A stretch of DNA of 64,000 bases from Patescibacteria group bacterium (GTDB lineage: Bacteria; Patescibacteriota; Patescibacteriia; JBAZBY01), in the NCBI GenBank assembly GCA_041671225.1, contig JBAZBY010000001.1, positions 174,940 to 238,939 on the forward strand, given 5' to 3'. The notes under the pieces are model-generated. The model did not search any database, was not told the DNA's origin, and saw only the letters and a program-made list of their open reading frames with translations. Positions 11,267-21,832 of this stretch are shown piece after piece. The translations under genes and the position numbers were made by a program. How positions within the stretch are numbered: position 1 is the first letter of the stretch; every line of letters starts with the position of its first letter.

Positions 11267-13093
11267 ATGTCCGCATTCCGCGATCGGTTCTCAAAAATAT
11301 TCAAACGCACCTCCCATTCAAGGAAGGACGCGGATTTTCATGAACTCCAGCAAGAGCGCGAAGACCGCCACAAGGAACTCATGAGCCGTCTTGGTGCCGC
11401 AAGGACGATTCCCACTCCTGCGCAGATCAGTATGGTTGGCCGTGTACTCTCTCCGCGTGAACTCACAATCATTCGCTTCCTTGTGGGACTTTTTTTTGTT
11501 TCCATCATCGTCCTTGGCGTGCGCTTTGTTGGACGTCATATTGAAACCGTTCCGAAGCCAGGCGGCAGCTACACCGAAGCTTTGGTCGGAATCCCGCAAT
11601 ACATCAACCCTATCTTCTCCCCGGCAAATGATGTTGATGAAGATTTGGAAACACTCATCTATTCCAGCCTCTTCACCTTTGATGAAAACTTCGGGCTTAT
11701 CTCAGACCTCGTGAGCACATGGGAGGTTTCTGAGGATCAAAAAACATACACCATCAACCTTCGTGAAGATGTTCGCTTCCATGACGGTGAGCAGCTCACA
11801 GCCGACGATGTTATCTTCACATTAGAAATGATCCAGGATGAACAGGTGAACTCCCCGCTCCATACGACCTTCCGCGGACTCAACATTGAGCGACTCGGCG
11901 ACTTCCAAATTCGTATCACGTTGAATGAAGTCTTTGCGCCATTCCTCTCTTCACTGACTTTTGGAATTTTGCCGGAACATCTTTGGGTACAAGTTCCTAT
12001 CTCAAACCTCACCTTGGTAGAATTCAACCTGAAGCCGATCGGCTCTGGCCCGTATCAATTTGATCAACTCACGCGCGATCAGCAAGGAAACGTTCTTTCC
12101 TATGGCCTCATCCGCAATGAAGATTACCACGGCATGTCGCCATATATTGAAAAACTGACATTCCGTTTTTACCCAGACTTTACAACGGCCATTGAAGCGG
12201 CAAGGCAAAAAAAAGTGCAGGGCATATCCTTTATTCCAAGCGATCTCCGCAATGAAGTGGAAGATATTGACCGCATGCGCGTTGAATCGCTGCATTTACC
12301 CCAATACACCGCACTCTTTTTCAACCAAAAGAAACAGTCAATACTTGCAGATGATACCGTTCGTATTGCGTTAGCGTTGGGTATTGATCGCGAAAGACTT
12401 ATCCGCGAGGTGGTCGGTGGCGATGGTGAGATCATTGACTCTCCGATCCTACCAGGATTTCTCGGGTATAATCCTGAAATCAAAAAACGTCTCTACGAAC
12501 CAGATGAAGCGCGGCGCATTCTCACTGACACTGGCTGGCTCCCAGACCCAGAAACGGACATCCGCTTCAAGGGAGACAAAGAACTCAAATTGGTCATCAC
12601 GACAGTTGACCAATCATCAACAATGCTCGCCGCGGAGATTGTTGCAGAAAACTGGCGCAACATTGGAGTGAATGTTGAGATCCGAAAAGTAGAGACGCGA
12701 CGCATCCAAAAAGATGCTATTGAGAGCCGCGACTACGAGGTGCTGCTTTTTGGAGAAATTATCGGCGCGGATCCGGACCCCTATGCCTTTTGGCACTCAT
12801 CACAACAGACGCACCCGGGCCTGAACCTCGCTATCTCCTTTAATAAACAGATTGATAAAGTTATTGAACAGGCGCGCACCACGACCAGTGCGGATGAGAG
12901 AAACCTGAAATATCTTGAATTCCAGAACTTGCTCGCGGAAGATCTGCCTGCTATCTTCCTCTATTCACCAAACTATCTTTATGGGATATCCAAGAGCGTT
13001 CATGGATTCCCGTTACAGAGTATTATCGTGCCGCAGGATCGCTTCCGCGGTATCGAAGAATGGTACGTGAAGACCCAATTAGAGTGGGTCTAA
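11267..13093 (+). CDS. ABC transporter substrate-binding protein, family 5 (OppA/DppA-like)
   Basis: YTINLREDVRFHDGEQLTADDVIFT and PIGSGPY; N-terminal TM anchor. Confidence 0.92.
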   Translation: MSAFRDRFSKIFKRTSHSRKDADFHELQQEREDRHKELMSRLGAARTIPTPAQISMVGRVLSPRELTIIRFLVGLFFVSIIVLGVRFVGRHIETVPKPGGSYTEALVGIPQYINPIFSPANDVDEDLETLIYSSLFTFDENFGLISDLVSTWEVSEDQKTYTINLREDVRFHDGEQLTADDVIFTLEMIQDEQVNSPLHTTFRGLNIERLGDFQIRITLNEVFAPFLSSLTFGILPEHLWVQVPISNLTLVEFNLKPIGSGPYQFDQLTRDQQGNVLSYGLIRNEDYHGMSPYIEKLTFRFYPDFTTAIEAARQKKVQGISFIPSDLRNEVEDIDRMRVESLHLPQYTALFFNQKKQSILADDTVRIALALGIDRERLIREVVGGDGEIIDSPILPGFLGYNPEIKKRLYEPDEARRILTDTGWLPDPETDIRFKGDKELKLVITTVDQSSTMLAAEIVAENWRNIGVNVEIRKVETRRIQKDAIESRDYEVLLFGEIIGADPDPYAFWHSSQQTHPGLNLAISFNKQIDKVIEQARTTTSADERNLKYLEFQNLLAEDLPAIFLYSPNYLYGISKSVHGFPLQSIIVPQDRFRGIEEWYVKTQLEWV

Positions 13094-13152
13094 AAGCACG
13101 GCCATCGTTCATTCTTAATCACGAACACAAATAACAGCGACCCCCAAGTGAG

Positions 13153-13239
13153 GGGCGAGTGGCGGAATTGGTATACGCGCACGGTTCAGAGCCGTGTTCC
13201 CTCACGGGATTGGAGGTTCGAGTCCTCTCTCGCCCACCA
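13153..13239 (+). tRNA. tRNA-Leu(CAG)
   Basis: GGGCGAG/CTCGCCC acceptor stem, anticodon arm CACGG-TTCAGAG-CCGTG, long variable arm, GTTCGAGTC, encoded CCA. Confidence 0.96.
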
Positions 13240-13268
13240 CATGTGGGTCGCACAAAGGAAAAAAATAC

Positions 13269-15116
13269 ATGACCCAACAAAAACAATCCCGCGAACCGGG
13301 ATCCCGCCCTGTGGGACAACCACATCGAGGACCGCGACATCATGGCTCTGCGCAACAAGGCGGCCGTCATCGCGGACGACACGGCCAAAAACCATCCTAC
13401 GCACCACGAGGATTCAAGCCTACATCACAAAAAAATACCCCCGCACAGAATGCAGGAAAGCTTCGTATTATCCCGCTCGGTGGTATGGAAGAAGTCGGGC
13501 GCAACAGCATCTTACTGGAATACGGCAACGACATCATCATGATTGACTGCGGATTGCAGTTCCCTGAAGAAGACATGCCGGGCATTGATTATGTTATCCC
13601 AAACATCTCGTATCTAAAGGGCAAGGAAAAAAATGTACGCGGGGTATTGATCACGCATGGCCACTATGACCACATCGGCGGCATCCCGCACATTGTTCCA
13701 AAAATCGGCAACCCTATTGTCTACGGAACAGACCTCACGCTCGGCATCATTAAAAAGCGCCAGGATGACTTCCAGGCGCTCGGCACGCCGCGTCTTCAGA
13801 TCGTCACCAACAAGACCAAACTCAAGCTTGGCGTGTTTAAGGTTGAATTCTTCGGCGTCTCACACAACATCCCCGGCTCACTCGGTATCATCATCGACAC
13901 GCCAGTTGGCAAAATTGTACACACCGGCGATTTCAAGCTCGACCGCAACCCGGTTGGTGACCGCCCAATGGACTTTGCACGCATCAATCAACTTGGCAAC
14001 GAAAACGTCGTCTTCTGCATGGCAGACTCAACCAACGCATCCCGGCCCGGCCGACAATTCAGCGAGCAGGAAATTCAAGGAAATCTCGAAGACCTCTTTA
14101 AGCAGGCAAAAGGGCGCATGATCATCGGTACGTTTGCTTCGCTCATTGCGCGTTTGCAACAGATCATCTGGTTTGCAGAGAAGTACAACCGCAAGGTGGT
14201 GGTAGAGGGCTATTCCATGAAAACGAATATTGAGATCGCCAAAGAACTCGGCTACATCAAAGCGAAGAAGGATACGCTCATTGACGTCAAAGCAATGAAG
14301 AACTACCCGGCAAACCGTATCACCATTATCTGTACCGGTGCGCAGGGTGAAGGCCGTGCCGTGCTCATGCGTATCGCGAACCGCGAACATAAATTCATCA
14401 AGATCGAAAAGGGCGATACCGTCATCTTCTCGTCATCCGTCGTGCCAGGTAATGAGCGCTCCGTACAGCGACTCACTGACTCGCTGTATCGTGAAGGCGC
14501 AGAAGTGATCAATTACCGCTTGATGGACATTCATGCCGGCGGACACGCGTTGCAAGAGGACCTCATAGAATTCAACAAGATGGTACGGCCAAAATGGCTC
14601 ATGCCTGTTGAGGGAAATCATTCATTCCACCATCATCACAAAAAAGCAGTCGTACAAGCAGGATTCCCCGAAAAAAATGTTCTCATTGTTGATAACGGGC
14701 AAGTGGTCACTCTCGACAAAGGCGGCAACGCGCTCATCACCAAAGAACGCGTGGACGCAGACTACGTCTTTATTGACGGGCTCGGCATAGAGAATCTTGA
14801 TGCGGTGGTCGTTCGTGACCGTCGCGAACTGGCAGACGAAGGTATGGTCGTTATCATCGTGCGTATCCAGGGGAAGACCGGAAAACTCATCGGCCGCCCA
14901 GACATCATCACGCGTGGATTCATCTATGTAAAAGAAAGTCGCAAGCTCATGGATGAAACCATCAAAGAAGTGAAAAGGATTACGAGCGACCGCGAACCGC
15001 GATCCAGTGCCAATGACCGCTATATCCGCGACAATCTTCGCGACGAACTTGGCAAATTCTTCTTCAAAAAGACCGAACGCCGGCCAATGATACTTCCGGT
15101 GGTAATTGAGGTATAA
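13269..15116 (+). CDS. rnj: Ribonuclease J
   Basis: PLGGMEEVGRN, THGHYDHIGG, HTGDFK, RRPMILPV. Confidence 0.96.
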   Translation: MTQQKQSREPGSRPVGQPHRGPRHHGSAQQGGRHRGRHGQKPSYAPRGFKPTSQKNTPAQNAGKLRIIPLGGMEEVGRNSILLEYGNDIIMIDCGLQFPEEDMPGIDYVIPNISYLKGKEKNVRGVLITHGHYDHIGGIPHIVPKIGNPIVYGTDLTLGIIKKRQDDFQALGTPRLQIVTNKTKLKLGVFKVEFFGVSHNIPGSLGIIIDTPVGKIVHTGDFKLDRNPVGDRPMDFARINQLGNENVVFCMADSTNASRPGRQFSEQEIQGNLEDLFKQAKGRMIIGTFASLIARLQQIIWFAEKYNRKVVVEGYSMKTNIEIAKELGYIKAKKDTLIDVKAMKNYPANRITIICTGAQGEGRAVLMRIANREHKFIKIEKGDTVIFSSSVVPGNERSVQRLTDSLYREGAEVINYRLMDIHAGGHALQEDLIEFNKMVRPKWLMPVEGNHSFHHHHKKAVVQAGFPEKNVLIVDNGQVVTLDKGGNALITKERVDADYVFIDGLGIENLDAVVVRDRRELADEGMVVIIVRIQGKTGKLIGRPDIITRGFIYVKESRKLMDETIKEVKRITSDREPRSSANDRYIRDNLRDELGKFFFKKTERRPMILPVVIEV

Positions 15117-15123
15117 TAGACAT

Positions 15124-16104
15124 ATGGCAAAAGTATTCTCCGGCGTACAGCCCAGCGGCAAGCTCCATCTCGGTAATTACCTTGGCGCCTTCCGTCAATG
15201 GATTGATCTGCAAAGTACCCATGAGGCGATGTATTGCATCGTGGATCTGCATGCGGTCACCGTGCCCTATGATCCCAAAACACTGCCGCAGCGAACCTTT
15301 GAAACCGCCGTGGATCTTCTTTCAATCGGCCTGGATCCAAAAAAGATAACGCTCTTCGTGCAATCACAGGTACACGAGCACGCGGAGCTGGCATGGCTTC
15401 TTGGGACCATCACGCCGCTGGGGGAACTGGAACGCATGACGCAATTCAAAGACAAAAGCCATGGTAAAGCGAAAGGAACGGCACTCACCGGCCTGCTCAC
15501 ATACCCTGTGCTGATGGCGGCAGATATCTTGCTCTACAAAGCGGATGTGGTGCCTGTAGGCGAAGACCAACTCCAGCACATTGAGCTCGCCCGCAAGATC
15601 GCGCGAAAGTTCAACAATCAATTTGGGATGACCTTCCCTGAGCCACGGCCGCACCTCATGAAGCCATTGCGCATCATGTCATTGGAGGATCCTGAAAAGA
15701 AAATGTCGAAGAGCGACAGCGAAAAGGGCTACATTGCGCTCTCTGATGAACCGAGCATGATCGAAAAAAAGATCAAGGCGATGCCATCAGCAACGGCTGG
15801 CGGCGGAAGCGTTATGACGCCGGGCGTAGAGAATATTTTTGCGCTTATGCGAGAGTTTATTGATGTCGCGACTGTTGAACAATATATTGAACAAGAAAGA
15901 AAAGGCACTATTCAATACGGCGAAGTCAAACGTGTGCTTGCAGAAGCGATCGCCGATTCACTTGCGCCATTCCGCGAAAAACGCGCAAAGCTGCTTAAGA
16001 GAAAAGGTACAGTTGCGGACATCCTTGGTGACGGTGCAAAAAAAGCACGCAAGCAGGCGGAAGAAACACTTGCCGAGGTAAAGGAAAAAATGGGGATTGT
16101 ATAG
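15124..16104 (+). CDS. trpS: Tryptophan--tRNA ligase
   Basis: SGVQPSGKLHLGNYLGA, VPVGEDQ, KMSKS. Confidence 0.97.
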   Translation: MAKVFSGVQPSGKLHLGNYLGAFRQWIDLQSTHEAMYCIVDLHAVTVPYDPKTLPQRTFETAVDLLSIGLDPKKITLFVQSQVHEHAELAWLLGTITPLGELERMTQFKDKSHGKAKGTALTGLLTYPVLMAADILLYKADVVPVGEDQLQHIELARKIARKFNNQFGMTFPEPRPHLMKPLRIMSLEDPEKKMSKSDSEKGYIALSDEPSMIEKKIKAMPSATAGGGSVMTPGVENIFALMREFIDVATVEQYIEQERKGTIQYGEVKRVLAEAIADSLAPFREKRAKLLKRKGTVADILGDGAKKARKQAEETLAEVKEKMGIV

Positions 16105-16167
16105 GAAAGTTCGTAGTTCGTAGGAAGAGCGCAGGGAACCGTGGGGGTTTAAGTTCTCTGCTCGCCT

Positions 16168-16359
16168 CTATGCCTGCTCTATCATGAAGATGTTTCTCTT
16201 GTTGAAGAGAATGGTTTTTGTATCCCCTTCTTCCTGCGCCTCAAGCATCAGATTTCTTTCATTCACATCTGTAACGATTCCCTTTCTGTGCGTACCCGTG
16301 CTTGAATAGACCTTCACCTTCTGTCCGATGAAGCTCTGCATATTTTCTATCTCACTCAT
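16168..16359 (-). CDS. Small Sm/LSm(Hfq)-like protein
   Basis: FIGQKVKV...G...GIVTDVNERNLML..ILFNKRNIFMI fits the Sm1/Sm2 pattern; own promoter TTGACG-17-TATACT at 16390-16418. Confidence 0.6.
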   Translation of the reverse strand: MSEIENMQSFIGQKVKVYSSTGTHRKGIVTDVNERNLMLEAQEEGDTKTILFNKRNIFMIEQA

Positions 16360-16423
16360 GTTTTTTTGTTTTACTTTTTATCGCAAAAAAGTATAGCACC
16401 AAAATCGGCCATCGTCAATCTCC

Positions 16424-17215
16424 TTACACTCTCTCGCTGCTCGCCTCTTCAAAATTCACCTTCTGCCCCAAAAACCGCGCGGCGGTTTCTTTTGCGTGTG
16501 GTGTGATATCTGAAAGGAAGAAACGTGACGCACCTTTGCACTTCTGCGCATGTTCCGGGTGCGCTTTGAAATGCTCCGCAACAACACGCGCAGTCTCAAC
16601 GGCTGGATCAACGAGCTGCACGCGCTTGCCTGCCTTCTGTTGAATCACATCATGCAATAATGGGTAATGCGTGCAACCGAGAATCATGGTATCCACTTGC
16701 TCCTGTTGAAAGGGTAATAAATACTTCTTCACAATCTGCTTGGTCTCTGGCTTGCCCGCCCAGCCTTCTTCAACGAGAGAAACCAAAAGCGGTGTTGCTT
16801 TTGTCTGCACAAAAAGCTTCTTATCTTCTTGCTTTAAAAGGCGCTCATAAATTCCGCTTCCAATGGTCGTACGCGTACCAATCACGCCGATTTTTTTGTT
16901 CTGCGATGTTGCGGCTGCCGCGTGAATCACTGGCGTGATCACGTCAAAGATGGGCACAGCAGGAAATTCCTTCTTTAAGGCATCCACCGCGATAGACGAA
17001 GCAGTATTACAACCAATCACAATCACTGTGGCACCATGCTCCAACAAAAAATGCGTGTTTTCGATTGCATACCGCGTCACTGTCTCTGCACTTTTGTCGC
17101 CGTATGGGTATCGCGCTGTATCGCCAAAATACACAATGCCAAAATCCGGCAATTCACGCATCAACTGCTTCACCACGGTGAACCCCCCAATGCCTGAATC
17201 AAAGACGCCGATCAT
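16424..17215 (-). CDS. murI: Glutamate racemase
   Basis: IGVFDSGIGG, GCNTAS, LGCTHYP. Confidence 0.97.
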   Translation of the reverse strand: MIGVFDSGIGGFTVVKQLMRELPDFGIVYFGDTARYPYGDKSAETVTRYAIENTHFLLEHGATVIVIGCNTASSIAVDALKKEFPAVPIFDVITPVIHAAAATSQNKKIGVIGTRTTIGSGIYERLLKQEDKKLFVQTKATPLLVSLVEEGWAGKPETKQIVKKYLLPFQQEQVDTMILGCTHYPLLHDVIQQKAGKRVQLVDPAVETARVVAEHFKAHPEHAQKCKGASRFFLSDITPHAKETAARFLGQKVNFEEASSERV

Positions 17216-18999
17216 GCTTCTCCTTGTGCGTTGTTATATGCGAGTATCTCTTTTACCATCCGATCTACCTCGGCGTCAATTCGCGCACGCGTTTCCTCCA
17301 ATGTTCCCTCAATAGAAGAAAAATACTGGAAGTAACATTTGACCATAGGCTCTGTACCGGAAGGTCGGACCGTTACGCGATTCCGTCCATCCTCACTCAA
17401 AACAAAAGCAATTTGATCGCCAGTGCGCCCCACATTATATTTCTCTTTGGTACGTTGTTCTTCTGGCAGACGATCCACAATCTTCAATACCGGGTATCCT
17501 GCAATCTTTTTGGGAGGATTTGCACGCAGGCCAAGCATAATTTTCTCCTTGCGCTTGAATCCCTCTTTCCCCTTCATTTCCATATACTTCAAAACTGTTT
17601 TGTAATATCCATATTCCTGATAAATCTCATCCAAATATTGTGCGAGTGTTTTGCCCTGATCCCGTAATACCGAGACGAGTTCACAAAGCAACAGCGCGGC
17701 GATAGATGCGTCTTTATCTCGCACAAACGTCCCCACCAAATACCCGAGGCTTTCCTCTGCACCAATGACAAACGTATCCTTGTTCTCCAACTTCTCAATA
17801 ATCTCCCCGATAAATTTAAAACCAACAAGCAAGTCATCCTCTATACGCACGTTAAATGCCTTTGCAATATCACTAATCAGCGTTGAGGTGACATTGGTCT
17901 CCACTACGAGATGTGCAGGCGTAAGCATTCCCTTCTGCTTCAACTCCGTAAGAAGATAATGGACCAACGCGGTGCCGACTTCATTACCATTGAGGTGCAG
18001 CATAGCAGTGCCATCCATCGTCATCTTCGTGGCAACGCCTAACCGGTCGGCATCCGGGTCTGAGACAATCGCAATATCTGAGCCTTGCTGCTCTGCCTGC
18101 TGCAATGCCATGGCAATCACTTCATCAAACTCCGGGTTAATGAGATCACTTGTAGCAGTAGAAAAGTTTTCATCCGGCTCGCGCTGTGCTTCAACAACAG
18201 AAAGGTGAAAACCCTCTTGCGTCAACACCGGGAGTACATTTGTGGAACCAGCGCCATGCATCGGACTATAGACGATATGCGCTGAGCGGCTGGAATTCAT
18301 GGAAAGTCCCCGTACTGCAACGATGTAAGCTTCATCAGTCTCCGTAGAGACGTCGTGCAAAAGCCCCTTATCTCGCGCATCTGCGGCCGTCATATGAGTG
18401 ATACGTTCCACGTTATTCACCAAATCCATGAACTTCAAATCCAGTGGCGGAACAACCTGGCCACCGTCCGCCCAATAAAATTTGAAGCCGTTGTCTGTGC
18501 GTGGATTATGCGACGCGGTAATCATTACGCCAGCTGTTGTGCTGAGATGACGAATAGCAAATGATACTTCCGGTGTAGAACACAAATGAGGAAAGAGATA
18601 TGCTCGAATGCCATTTGCAGCAAAAACTTCAGCACTGAGCTCGGCAAACTCCCGTGCTTGCCTGCGGACTTCATATCCGATCACGACTCCCTTCGCCACC
18701 GCATCCTCTCCAAAATCATGAATAAACTGCGAGAGGCCCTGTGCCGCCTCACTAATAGTGCGGCGGTTCATGCGGTTCGGACCAACACCAAGCGTTCCGC
18801 GGATTCCACCCGTACCAACCATAATATGCATATAGAAATGATCCTCAATCGCTTTCCAGTCACCCTCAGCAATAAGCTCCTTAATAGCAGGAACAAACTC
18901 TGCAAATGCAGGATCCGTAAGCCAGCGCTCTAAATTTACAAGCGCTTCAGAAGAGAGGTGCTCGCGAGCTCCCCCTAAAATTTGTAGTTCTTCTGCCAT
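17212..18999 (-). CDS. Phosphoglucomutase/phosphomannomutase-family phosphosugar mutase
   Basis: ITASHNP, DPDADR, EESLG, RPSGTEP. Confidence 0.93.
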   Translation of the reverse strand: MAEELQILGGAREHLSSEALVNLERWLTDPAFAEFVPAIKELIAEGDWKAIEDHFYMHIMVGTGGIRGTLGVGPNRMNRRTISEAAQGLSQFIHDFGEDAVAKGVVIGYEVRRQAREFAELSAEVFAANGIRAYLFPHLCSTPEVSFAIRHLSTTAGVMITASHNPRTDNGFKFYWADGGQVVPPLDLKFMDLVNNVERITHMTAADARDKGLLHDVSTETDEAYIVAVRGLSMNSSRSAHIVYSPMHGAGSTNVLPVLTQEGFHLSVVEAQREPDENFSTATSDLINPEFDEVIAMALQQAEQQGSDIAIVSDPDADRLGVATKMTMDGTAMLHLNGNEVGTALVHYLLTELKQKGMLTPAHLVVETNVTSTLISDIAKAFNVRIEDDLLVGFKFIGEIIEKLENKDTFVIGAEESLGYLVGTFVRDKDASIAALLLCELVSVLRDQGKTLAQYLDEIYQEYGYYKTVLKYMEMKGKEGFKRKEKIMLGLRANPPKKIAGYPVLKIVDRLPEEQRTKEKYNVGRTGDQIAFVLSEDGRNRVTVRPSGTEPMVKCYFQYFSSIEGTLEETRARIDAEVDRMVKEILAYNNAQGEA

Positions 19000-19661
19000 T
19001 ATACGTACCCCTTTCTCATTGCTTCCTGCTTCACGCGCAACACTGCGCCTGCGGCCCAGAGCACAAAGAAAATCTTCACGAGAAGCGTGAGGCCAAGAAC
19101 AACAGCATGCACGTTGCCAGTAAAAAAATCCGGGAGCCAATCAAGGGTAACAACCCAAAGCGTCCCGCCAATGACGAGTTGCCAGAACTGCGGAATATTC
19201 TTATTGGGAAGAAGACGCTCATTGAGTGCGCGGCCGACCCACAATGCTGCAAAAACCAGTGAACTGAGCAACAGCATCCCCCATGCGGCACCGAGAAACA
19301 ATGCCAATGGAATGCCAATGAATGTCAGGCCAATCGCAACCAAACCAAAGGGTGCCAGGAAGACGCCAAGAAGCCCCCAAGAAAAATTGCGGAGCACGTC
19401 AGTATCCATTGCTGCGATTGTTTTCTGTGAAAAACCGGACGTGAAGAAAAAGAGCACTGCACCAAGCGCAAACAACCCAAAGAGTTCAATCACCCGTTCC
19501 AGCCAAATACCAGAAACCGTTTCGCTGAATAGGCGGTCAAAATCTTGTAAGCTTGCATCAACTCCGCCGTCAAAAAGACTATCAGGGAGAGACGCGCCCG
19601 CTGGAGTTGCGATAGAAAAGGTTAGTATTACTGCGAAAATGAAGATAGTGAGTGCCTTCAT
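18999..19661 (-). CDS. Multi-pass membrane protein
   Basis: Signal peptide plus about 6 hydrophobic helices (IGLTFIGIPLA). Confidence 0.75.
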   Translation of the reverse strand: MKALTIFIFAVILTFSIATPAGASLPDSLFDGGVDASLQDFDRLFSETVSGIWLERVIELFGLFALGAVLFFFTSGFSQKTIAAMDTDVLRNFSWGLLGVFLAPFGLVAIGLTFIGIPLALFLGAAWGMLLLSSLVFAALWVGRALNERLLPNKNIPQFWQLVIGGTLWVVTLDWLPDFFTGNVHAVVLGLTLLVKIFFVLWAAGAVLRVKQEAMRKGYV

Positions 19662-19731
19662 ACGCTCCAGTATACCCGAGAAATCCCTTTTTTCAAAGGT
19701 GAAAAGCGCGTGGTACACTAAGGAGCGCCTT

Positions 19732-20577
19732 ATGACATTTCTTGCAACTGCAACGCCGCCTGAGGTTCTCTTAACCCTCGGCGGGCTCACTATTCATTGG
19801 TATGCCTTCTGGATCACCCTCGGTGCGATTGCTGGTTTTTTGCTCCTCAAAAATCGTGCACGTGTGGCCGGCATCACAAACGAACAAACACTTGATATCA
19901 CACTCCTCGTCCTCATCTTTGGATTCATTGGTGCACGACTGTATCATGTATTCAATGAACCAATATACTATCTTGAACATCTCAGCGAAATTCCGGCCAT
20001 ATGGAACGGCGGCATGGCCATCCACGGCGGCATACTTGCCGGCGCGGTCGCGCTGTGGTGGTATGCACGCAAAAAAGGCCATGCCCTGAACCCGACGAGC
20101 TCCGTGAGGAGTGGTGCGGGGTTGTCATTCCTCTCACTCCTTGATACCGTAGCTCCAGCATTACTCCTCGGCCAGGCCATCGGCCGCTGGGGAAATTACT
20201 TCAACCAGGAACTTTTTGGTGGCCCCACTGAACTCCCGTGGAAGCTTTTCATCGCCGCGGAACATCGACCCGAGGGCTATGAAAACACATTGTTCTTTCA
20301 CCCAACATTTCTCTATGAATCACTTGGCCTGTTCGTGATTGCTGCTGCGCTTCTCTTCTTCTGGAAGCGCTTCCGTGCACCTGGCATGATGGCCTTCAGT
20401 GCGCTGGCGGCATCGCAAATTCTCCGTTTTGGCACAGAAACGCTCCGCATCGACCGAACGCCTGAGATTCTTGGGGCACGGCTACCGCTGCTCATGAGCA
20501 TCATCCTCTTCATTGTTTCACTTATCGCGCTATTATACATTCATCGCCATGCAACACCTTCAACAAACAGATCCTGA
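19732..20577 (+). CDS. lgt: Prolipoprotein diacylglyceryl transferase
   Basis: IHWY, GARLYHV, GGMAIHGG, GQAIGRWGNYFNQE, HPTFLYES. Confidence 0.96.
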   Translation: MTFLATATPPEVLLTLGGLTIHWYAFWITLGAIAGFLLLKNRARVAGITNEQTLDITLLVLIFGFIGARLYHVFNEPIYYLEHLSEIPAIWNGGMAIHGGILAGAVALWWYARKKGHALNPTSSVRSGAGLSFLSLLDTVAPALLLGQAIGRWGNYFNQELFGGPTELPWKLFIAAEHRPEGYENTLFFHPTFLYESLGLFVIAAALLFFWKRFRAPGMMAFSALAASQILRFGTETLRIDRTPEILGARLPLLMSIILFIVSLIALLYIHRHATPSTNRS

Positions 20578-21832
20578 ACTCTACACATCATTAGAGAAAG
20601 AACTCTCCCGCCAGCGGGATGGTTTAGAGATGATCCCGTCTGAAAACTTCGTTTCTCCGGCAGTATTGGAAGCGCTCGGCTCTACGCTCACGAATAAATA
20701 TTCCGAAGGATTCCCCGGTAAACGATACTATGGCGGAAACGAGTTCATTGATGAGGTGGAAACGCTTGCGCAAGAACGCGCAAAAAAACTTTTTGGATTC
20801 AGCCATGCAAACGTGCAGCCATATTCTGGCTCGCCTGCAAACCAGGCGATCTGTTTTGCGCTGCTGGAACCTGGCGAGAAGCTCATGGGAATGAACTTGC
20901 TCTATGGCGGCCACCTCACGCACGGCTGGAAGGTGAACTTCTCGGGCGTATATTACAACGCGGTGCAATACCCCACGGGTAAGGATGGGTACCTTGATTA
21001 TGATGTCATAGAAAAAATGGCACTCGCGGAAAAGCCAAAATTACTTTTTGTGGGCGCAACGGCATACCCGCGTCTCTTTGATTTTGAGCGGCTTAGTAAA
21101 ATCGCAAAAAAAGTTGATGCCTTCCTCGTTGCCGATGTCTCGCACATCTCCGGGCTCATTGTTGCCGGTGCGCATCCCTCGCCAGCCGGTTATGCCGACG
21201 TGATGATGACCACCACGCACAAGACACTCCGCGGACCGCGCGGCGCCATCATCCTCACCAACGGCAATCCATCAACGCCACTGAAAGCTGTGGAACGCAC
21301 ACGGGAAAATCTGCCGACCCTTATTGACCGCGCCGTATTCCCGGGGCTGCAGGGCGGGCCGCACAACCACCAAACCGCCGCCATCGCCGTAGCACTCAAA
21401 GAAGCAGCAACGGAAGAATTCAAAGCATACGGAAAGCAGATCGTGAAGAATACGAAAGTACTTGAAGGCATCTTTGCGGAGAATGATATCGCCATGGTCA
21501 CGGGCGGTTCTGATAATCATCTGCTACTACTCGACCTCACAAATCTTGGCATCGGTGGTAAGGACGCAGAGAAGGCTTTGGAACGCGCAGGTATCACGGT
21601 GAATAAGAATGCAATTCCTTTTGACACGCGTAAACCGTATGACCCGTCCGGCATCCGGCTCGGCACGCCTGCGCTCACCACGCGCGGATTCACGGAAGCG
21701 GACATGCAAACCGTTGGTGAAATCTTTGTGCAGGTGCTTAAAAACCCGGAAGATGAAATCACTATCACAGAGGTGAAAAAGAAAGTCGCAGAACTCACAG
21801 CACAACATCCACTCTATTCTGATCTCGCATGA
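20549..21832 (+). CDS. glyA: Serine hydroxymethyltransferase
   Basis: NKYSEGFPGKRYYGG, TTTHKTLRGPRG, GIRLGTPALT. Confidence 0.98.
   Translation: MQHLQQTDPELYTSLEKELSRQRDGLEMIPSENFVSPAVLEALGSTLTNKYSEGFPGKRYYGGNEFIDEVETLAQERAKKLFGFSHANVQPYSGSPANQAICFALLEPGEKLMGMNLLYGGHLTHGWKVNFSGVYYNAVQYPTGKDGYLDYDVIEKMALAEKPKLLFVGATAYPRLFDFERLSKIAKKVDAFLVADVSHISGLIVAGAHPSPAGYADVMMTTTHKTLRGPRGAIILTNGNPSTPLKAVERTRENLPTLIDRAVFPGLQGGPHNHQTAAIAVALKEAATEEFKAYGKQIVKNTKVLEGIFAENDIAMVTGGSDNHLLLLDLTNLGIGGKDAEKALERAGITVNKNAIPFDTRKPYDPSGIRLGTPALTTRGFTEADMQTVGEIFVQVLKNPEDEITITEVKKKVAELTAQHPLYSDLA

Noticed and set aside
19087-19731. Long N-terminal extension of Lgt in the ORF track (also extensions of the phosphomutase, polA, rpsT and rnj)
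   Set aside because: These overlap neighbouring genes or a tRNA. Downstream starts fit the family N-termini and promoter positions.
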